From assembly GCA_964195905.1 (NCBI GenBank), contig CAXMQV010000058.1, positions 21,865-85,864 of the forward strand: a DNA stretch of 64,000 nt. Reading direction: 5' to 3'. Under the pieces are notes generated by a model. It saw only the letters and a list, made by a program, of their open reading frames with translations. It ran no database searches and had not been told where the DNA came from. The DNA is from an uncultured Gammaproteobacteria bacterium (lineage in GTDB: Bacteria > Actinomycetota > Acidimicrobiia > Spongiisociales > SHLN01). Below are positions 58,691 through 64,000 of this stretch, piece after piece; the stretch's first letter is position 1, and each line of letters starts with the position of its first letter. The position numbers and the translations under genes were made by a program.

Positions 58691-59292
58691 ACCAGCGTCT
58701 TCGCACCCTCGCCCTTGCCCTCGTCGCCGGAATCGCATTGGCCGTTCTCCTCGTGGTGGTGGTGCTCCCCCGCTTCCGCCCGCATGTGTTTTCCGGAACC
58801 GTCATCCAGTCCCAGACTCCCGCCCCGACGGTTGACCTCATCACGAGCACCGGCGAACGTGCCAGCCTGGGCGACTTCGAGGATCAGGTCGTCGTTCTCT
58901 ACTTCGGTTACACGTTCTGCCCGGATGTGTGCCCGACGACGCTGTCGACACTCAAGAAGGCGATGGACAAGCTCGGCAGTTCGTCGGACGATGTCCAGGT
59001 CATCATGGTGAGCGTTGATCCCGAACGAGACTCGCCCGAGATCCTGGACGATTACCTGGGTTTCTTCGACCCCCGGTTCCTCGGCATGACCGGAACGGAA
59101 GCCGAGATCGCCGAGGTCGCCACCGTGTACGGCGTGTTCTTTCAGGCCGAGGAAGGCTCCGTCGACACCGGATACCTCGTGAGCCACACCGCCAACCTCA
59201 TGGTTGTCGACCGGGAGGGTCACCTGAAGCTCATCATCCCGCCGGACGCCACTGCCGACCAGATCGCCGACGATCTCGACTACTTGTTGTGA
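58687..59292 (+). CDS. SCO1/SenC-family copper chaperone (second copy)
   Basis: CPDVCP motif, YFGYTFCPD context, conserved His (VSHTANLMVVD); GTGA overlap with upstream sco. Confidence 0.75.
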   Translation: MNQRLRTLALALVAGIALAVLLVVVVLPRFRPHVFSGTVIQSQTPAPTVDLITSTGERASLGDFEDQVVVLYFGYTFCPDVCPTTLSTLKKAMDKLGSSSDDVQVIMVSVDPERDSPEILDDYLGFFDPRFLGMTGTEAEIAEVATVYGVFFQAEEGSVDTGYLVSHTANLMVVDREGHLKLIIPPDATADQIADDLDYLL

Positions 59293-59305
59293 AAGGGAGT
59301 TCCCT

Positions 59306-59743
59306 GTGAAGCGGGTCGCTGTGCTGACGATTGTCGTCCTCGCTGCCGCTTGCTCCGGAGGTGATTCGGGGCTCAAACTCGAGGACCCGTGGGCCCGCCC
59401 GGCCCCCACCGGGGCAACCACAGCTGCCTTCTTCCTTACGATCGAAAACCCGAGCGATGTCGACGAGACACTCGTGAGCGCAGCCACCGATGCCTGCCGG
59501 GTCACCGAGCTTCACCTCTCTTCGTTGCTCGACGGTGTCATGAGCATGCAACGCCAGGAGAACGGCATCCCGATCCCGGCCTCTGCGACAGTCACCCTCG
59601 CCCCGGGGGGCTTGCACATCATGTGCATCGATCGGATCGCCGACTTCGCCACCGGTGAAGAGCTCGATCTCGCCCTCGAGTTCCGCGACGCAAATGGCGA
59701 CACTCACATCGAGCAACTGATCGCAGTGGTGGAGGACCGCTAG
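59306..59743 (+). CDS. PCu(A)C-type periplasmic copper chaperone lipoprotein
   Basis: LAAACSGG lipobox; H(M)x10M...HxM pattern: ELHLSSLLDGVMSMQ ... GGLHIMCI. Confidence 0.7.
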   Translation: MKRVAVLTIVVLAAACSGGDSGLKLEDPWARPAPTGATTAAFFLTIENPSDVDETLVSAATDACRVTELHLSSLLDGVMSMQRQENGIPIPASATVTLAPGGLHIMCIDRIADFATGEELDLALEFRDANGDTHIEQLIAVVEDR

Positions 59744-59793
59744 GTCAGTCCCGAAACTGCCGTCTTGCACCCGAGGGCGCATACCATGGGGGC

Positions 59794-60870
59794 GTGCCGC
59801 GAATCGAGCTACAGAAAGCGTCGGGTGTCTACCGCGACGGTGTCGTCGGTCTTGAGCCGACCGACCTCCGGATCGAGCCGGGCGAGCTGATTGCCCTGCT
59901 CGGCCCCTCCGGTTCCGGGAAGACCACTCTGCTGCGACTCATCGCCGGCCTCGACCGCCCGGCCTACGGCACGGTCCGCTACGACGGTGAGGTTGTGAAC
60001 GACCTGGCCGCCAATCGGCGCGGCGTCGGCCTCGTCGTGACCCAGGGGGCTCTCTACGATCACGTGACAGCGGAGGACAACATCCGGTTTCCTCTGAAGG
60101 TCACCGGCATTGGGGAGCCCGAGCAGACAGAGCGGACCGATCACGAGGCCACCAGGTTCGGCATCCGTCGGCTCCTGTCCCGGCGGCCTCGCAACCTGTC
60201 GGCCGGTGAACGCCAACTCGTGGCGACCGGTCGGGCCACCGTCCGCGATCCCGATGTGCTCCTCTTCGACGAAGCACTCGTCGGAGTCGACCCCCACCTC
60301 CGCAGGCAGGTCCGGGCCGAGTTCCGCAAACTCCATGACGGCACCCGCACCATCGTCTACGCCACAAACGAGCAGGAGGAAGCCATGGTCCTGGCGGACC
60401 GGCTCGTCGTGCTGCGGGCCGGGGTCGTCCAGCAGGTCGGCCCGCCGCTTGAGGTCTATCGAAACCCGGTCAATGTGTTTGTTGCCGAGTTCCTCGGCTC
60501 GCCGGGCATGAACATCGTCGCGGCCACGGCTGCCGGTGGCCGGCTTCGGATTGGCGCAGACGAGATCGTCGGGGCTCCTTCCCCGCCCGATTCGGACGGC
60601 TTCCTCGTCGGCATACGCCCCGAGCACGTCCACCTGGCCGAACCGGGCGAGCCATTCGATCGGTGTCTCCACACGCGAATCATCGGTGTCGATCAACTCG
60701 GCTCGGAGCGGGTTGCCCACGTCGCGTTTGGGTCCCCCGAATCTGGGGCCCTCGACTTCGCCGTCCGGGTCAGGGCCGCCCGGCCGCTCGCCATCGGTGA
60801 CTCGGTGGAGATAGCCATGGATGTCGACCAGATCTTGTACTTCGACAGGGAGAGCGGCCTCCGCCTCTGA
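59794..60870 (+). CDS. ABC ATP-binding protein, MalK/UgpC-like with C-terminal TOBE-like domain
   Basis: Walker A GPSGSGKTT, LSAGERQLVATGRA signature, LLFDEAL Walker B, ~120-aa C-terminal regulatory domain; no cognate permease adjacent. Confidence 0.75.
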   Translation: MPRIELQKASGVYRDGVVGLEPTDLRIEPGELIALLGPSGSGKTTLLRLIAGLDRPAYGTVRYDGEVVNDLAANRRGVGLVVTQGALYDHVTAEDNIRFPLKVTGIGEPEQTERTDHEATRFGIRRLLSRRPRNLSAGERQLVATGRATVRDPDVLLFDEALVGVDPHLRRQVRAEFRKLHDGTRTIVYATNEQEEAMVLADRLVVLRAGVVQQVGPPLEVYRNPVNVFVAEFLGSPGMNIVAATAAGGRLRIGADEIVGAPSPPDSDGFLVGIRPEHVHLAEPGEPFDRCLHTRIIGVDQLGSERVAHVAFGSPESGALDFAVRVRAARPLAIGDSVEIAMDVDQILYFDRESGLRL

Positions 60871-60938
60871 GTGCCCTCTCTGGCGGGTCAGGCCAATGCT
60901 TGTCTACAGAATGTCGGCCCGGTTGACGATTCATACCC

Positions 60939-61478
60939 ATGAAGCGACGAACCCTCTGGGCGGTCCTCGGATTGGCGCTCGCCGCCTGTAGCCAGGTGAC
61001 GGTCGAGACGACGACGCTGTCGGGAGGCACCCTGGCGCCTGCCAATGAGAGCCCGGCCACTGCCGCCGCCGACGCTGCCGCCCCCGGGATCTGCAATGAC
61101 CACAGCTGGGTCGGCATCAGCGAGCCGGCCTCGTTCGCAGACCGGGCAGCAGACCTTGGATTGGACGAGGCGGCCCTCACTAGAGCGGTTCGCCGCCTCT
61201 GCCCCGAGATCTTCTTTGAGCCCCTCAGCAAGGCCGAGGTCGACTGGTGCGGCGATGGAGTGAGCTTCGGACAGAACTTCTTCCGGGTGGTGGCGGCCGG
61301 CGTTGACCTCGGCATCGAGAGCTTCGCGGTCGTGCAGCCGGGCACCATTTCGAAAGCCGCCGGCCGCGTCGAGCTGACAGACTATGAGGTCGAGCTGCTC
61401 ACCGCCGGGCTCCAGACGATGTCTGAGTCGTCGCGATTCGAACGGGACTGGGCCGAGGCCTGCCGCTCGACGTTCTAG
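60939..61478 (+). CDS. hypothetical lipoprotein
   Basis: LALAACSQ lipobox; four Cys in mature part. Confidence 0.45.
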   Translation: MKRRTLWAVLGLALAACSQVTVETTTLSGGTLAPANESPATAAADAAAPGICNDHSWVGISEPASFADRAADLGLDEAALTRAVRRLCPEIFFEPLSKAEVDWCGDGVSFGQNFFRVVAAGVDLGIESFAVVQPGTISKAAGRVELTDYEVELLTAGLQTMSESSRFERDWAEACRSTF

Positions 61479-61509
61479 CCGACGGTGTGTGGGCGCATAC
61501 ACTTCAGGA

Positions 61510-62568
61510 ATGAGCACCGAAGCCGGAGCAGAAGCACCCGTCCTGGAGCGGCTCTCAACCCTCGATCGATTCCTCCCCCTTTGGATCGGTGTCGCCATGG
61601 TGGCCGGATTGGCACTCGGCCGGCTCATCCCGGACCTGAACGACTGGCTCGACGCCGTCAAGATCGGTTCGGTGTCGCTTCCGATCGCGATCGGCTTGCT
61701 GGTCATGATGTACCCGGTGCTCGCCAAGGTCCGCTACTCGCGCATCGGAGCCGTCGCCGCCGACCGAACCCTCATGGCTACTTCACTGGTGCTCAACTGG
61801 GTGATTGGCCCGGCTCTCATGTTCGCCCTGGCGTGGTTGCTGCTCCCCGATCTGCCCTCCTACCGCACCGGCCTCATCATCATCGGCCTGGCCCGCTGCA
61901 TCGCCATGGTGCTCATCTGGAACGACCTCGCTTGCGGTGACCGGGAGGCCGCCGCCGTTCTGGTGGCGCTCAACTCGGTCTTTCAGATCGGCGCCTACGC
62001 CTTGCTCGGCTACTTCTACCTCGAGCTGCTGCCGGGCTGGCTCGGTCTCGACACTGCCAGCCTGGATGTGTCGATGTGGGACATCGCCAAGATCGTCCTC
62101 ATCTTCCTCGGGGTTCCCCTTGCGGCCGGTTACCTGACCCGATGGTGGGGGGAACGAGCCCGCGGAGTCGACTGGTACGAGAACCGCTTCCTTCCGCGAC
62201 TGGGCCCGTGGGCGTTGTACGGGCTCTTGTTCACGGTCGTGATTCTGTTCGCCTTGCAGGGAGAGACCATCACGGCCCGCCCGTTCGACGTCGCTCGCAT
62301 CGCCCTTCCGTTGCTGATCTATTTCGGGCTCATGTGGGGCGTCTCCTTCGCAGTCGGGCTGCGCCTGCATCTGTCGTACGAGAAGAACACCACCGTCGCT
62401 TTCACGGCCGCCAGCAACAATTTCGAGCTCGCCATAGCCGTTGCCATCGGCGTCTTCGGCGTTACGTCCGGCGAGGCTCTCGCCGGCGTCGTCGGCCCCC
62501 TCATCGAGGTTCCCGTCCTCGTCGGCCTCGTGTACGTCGCCCTGTGGGCGCGGCGCCGCTTCTACTGA
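61510..62568 (+). CDS. ACR3-family arsenite efflux transporter
   Basis: 10-TM ACR3 collinearity incl. conserved Cys region GLARCIAMVLIWNDLACGD; start at internal ATG 61510. Confidence 0.8.
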   Translation: MSTEAGAEAPVLERLSTLDRFLPLWIGVAMVAGLALGRLIPDLNDWLDAVKIGSVSLPIAIGLLVMMYPVLAKVRYSRIGAVAADRTLMATSLVLNWVIGPALMFALAWLLLPDLPSYRTGLIIIGLARCIAMVLIWNDLACGDREAAAVLVALNSVFQIGAYALLGYFYLELLPGWLGLDTASLDVSMWDIAKIVLIFLGVPLAAGYLTRWWGERARGVDWYENRFLPRLGPWALYGLLFTVVILFALQGETITARPFDVARIALPLLIYFGLMWGVSFAVGLRLHLSYEKNTTVAFTAASNNFELAIAVAIGVFGVTSGEALAGVVGPLIEVPVLVGLVYVALWARRRFY

Positions 62569-62640
62569 GCCTCCGGCCAAGCGGATACATGCACGCCGGC
62601 TGCCCGAGTAGGTCCCATGATCTACCTGGGGAGGATCACC

Positions 62641-62997
62641 ATGCGTTACGTCGCACTCATACTTGTCATCGCCTTCGTCGCCGCTGCCTGCGGGGACTCA
62701 GGCGGCCCTGACGCGGACCGCTTCTGCGAAATCCTTGACGAGCTCGATGCCCAGGACACCAGAGGCCTCCCCCCGGATGAGGCCCTCCCGATCATCAAGG
62801 AGGGAAGGGCCAGCTTCGTTGAGGGCATCGAGATAGTGCCGGATGAAATCAGGGCCGACGCCACCACAGTCGCCGACGGTGCATTGCAGATCACCGATCT
62901 CCTCATCGCCGCCGGAGGCGACGAGACGGGGTCGAAATCCAGACGTTGGCCGAGTCCATATTCACCCCTGAGTACGATGCCGCCGCCCAGCGGGTGA
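62641..62997 (+). CDS. hypothetical lipoprotein
   Basis: MRYVALILVIAFVAAACGDSG lipobox. Confidence 0.35.
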   Translation: MRYVALILVIAFVAAACGDSGGPDADRFCEILDELDAQDTRGLPPDEALPIIKEGRASFVEGIEIVPDEIRADATTVADGALQITDLLIAAGGDETGSKSRRWPSPYSPLSTMPPPSG

Positions 62998-63042
62998 CGA
63001 CATGGCGAGGGGCCAACTGCTCGTAGCGGACTCGCTCGCCGC

Positions 63043-64000
63043 TCAGCCGACCGGTGGTTGATCCTCGATCCCCGCCAGGTGCTTGGCGAAACCCTTCTTC
63101 TCCTCGAGCCCCATTTGGCGGCCGATCTGGATGCGCTGGGCCTGGGGTGACCCGGCGCCGTGCAGAGATTCGGTCAGGTAGCCGACGGCATTGCGGCCCA
63201 TCGTCATGTTCTCGATCAGCCTGAGCACCCGCACCCGATGCTCGGTCGGCACGCCTTCCCTGCCCTGGAAGTACTTCTCGAGCAAAGGCCCGAGCTCGGG
63301 ATGATCCCATTCGTGGGCCGATGGAAGCGTCACGACCGCTCCCCCGGCCAGGTCCTGGGCGAGGCGGCCGATCTCATAGGGGAACCTGGTCACATTGTGC
63401 TTGCACACGTTGGCCAGCAACGGGTCGTTCTCGTAGTTGCCGGCTGGGGTCGGCGTCGACTCGTAGGAGGAGGCGATGCCACCTCCGTAGATGGTCTCGT
63501 TCAAGTGAGCCATCTCGACCAGCTTGTCCTTGATGTGTGACGCCTCTGCCACACCGTTGTAGTCGGCAATGAGAGCGGCGGCTCCGATCAGGACGTCGCC
63601 CACCCCGGCTTTGCAGACGTAGCTGCGGCGGTGGTAGGTAGTGAACCGATCGACCAGCTCGGCGGCAAACTCCACCTCGCCGTCCATGAACACGTGCTCC
63701 CACGGCACGAAAATGTCATCGAGGATGATGAGCGCCTCTTGGCCTGAATAACGGGCGTTGCCGACATCGATGCCGTCTGGCTCCATCGCCCTCGTGTCAC
63801 ACGACTGCCGGCCGTACACGAAGGTGAGTCCCGGAGTGTCGACCGGTATTGCCGCTACCACCGCGTAGTCGCGATCGGCCCCGGTCAATCGCATCGTCGG
63901 CATGACGAGGATCCAATGCGAGTTGATGCAGCCGGTCTGGTGGGCTTTCGCTCCGCGGATCACGATCCCGTCGGCGCGACGTTCAGACACATGCACGAAC
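63043..64000 (-). CDS. HpaB / 4-hydroxybutyryl-CoA dehydratase family flavoprotein (partial; N-terminus beyond window end)
   Basis: C-terminal 317 aa collinear with 4-hydroxyphenylacetate 3-monooxygenase oxygenase-component family; ORF runs off the window. Confidence 0.6.
   Translation of the reverse strand, partial: FVHVSERRADGIVIRGAKAHQTGCINSHWILVMPTMRLTGADRDYAVVAAIPVDTPGLTFVYGRQSCDTRAMEPDGIDVGNARYSGQEALIILDDIFVPWEHVFMDGEVEFAAELVDRFTTYHRRSYVCKAGVGDVLIGAAALIADYNGVAEASHIKDKLVEMAHLNETIYGGGIASSYESTPTPAGNYENDPLLANVCKHNVTRFPYEIGRLAQDLAGGAVVTLPSAHEWDHPELGPLLEKYFQGREGVPTEHRVRVLRLIENMTMGRNAVGYLTESLHGAGSPQAQRIQIGRQMGLEEKKGFAKHLAGIEDQPPVG

Overview
High-GC (roughly 65-68 %) bacterial chromosome segment, probably from an Actinobacteria-like lineage. 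Evidence for that placement: F420-type LLM, DDN and PPOX-family enzymes, Thr/Pro-rich linkers, lipobox and TAT signals, LtrA, SCO/PCuAC, and a class-I KARI. The window is densely coding (about 75 genes), mostly core metabolism plus envelope and respiratory functions. Core metabolism: an ilvC-gap-pgk operon in which gap and pgk are archaeal-type, pckA, metF, glpD, threonine dehydratase, a metZ-DUF4395-Grx-like operon, and B12-dependent metH preceded by a SAM-I (S-box) riboswitch. Envelope: an MBOAT/SGNH O-acyltransferase pair next to an SH3 lipoprotein. Transport: two ABC systems, an NhaP antiporter and an ACR3 arsenite carrier. Copper delivery: sco-sco-pcuC. The most unusual feature is a translationally coupled five-gene Rieske/cytochrome b operon (47318-52168, minus strand) that contains a 596-aa GltD-like NAD(P)H flavoprotein with Fe-S domains, flanked by monoheme c-type cytochromes. 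Tandem c-type cytochrome lipoprotein genes sit downstream, one of them decayed. Other oddities: tandem Thr/Pro-rich anchored paralogs; a two-domain He_PIG/cadherin-like lipoprotein with a frameshifted signal peptide, flanked by a diverged duplicate of the neighbouring MBL gene's 3' end; a pseudo-duplicate of an SDR 3' end plus a heptamer microsatellite in a convergent spacer; and a perfect 17-bp palindrome. No rRNA, tRNA, CRISPR or transposase genes were recognised. Many long ORFs in the six-frame track are GC-driven antisense artefacts, and several true genes start at internal ATG/GTG/TTG codons downstream of the listed ORF start.
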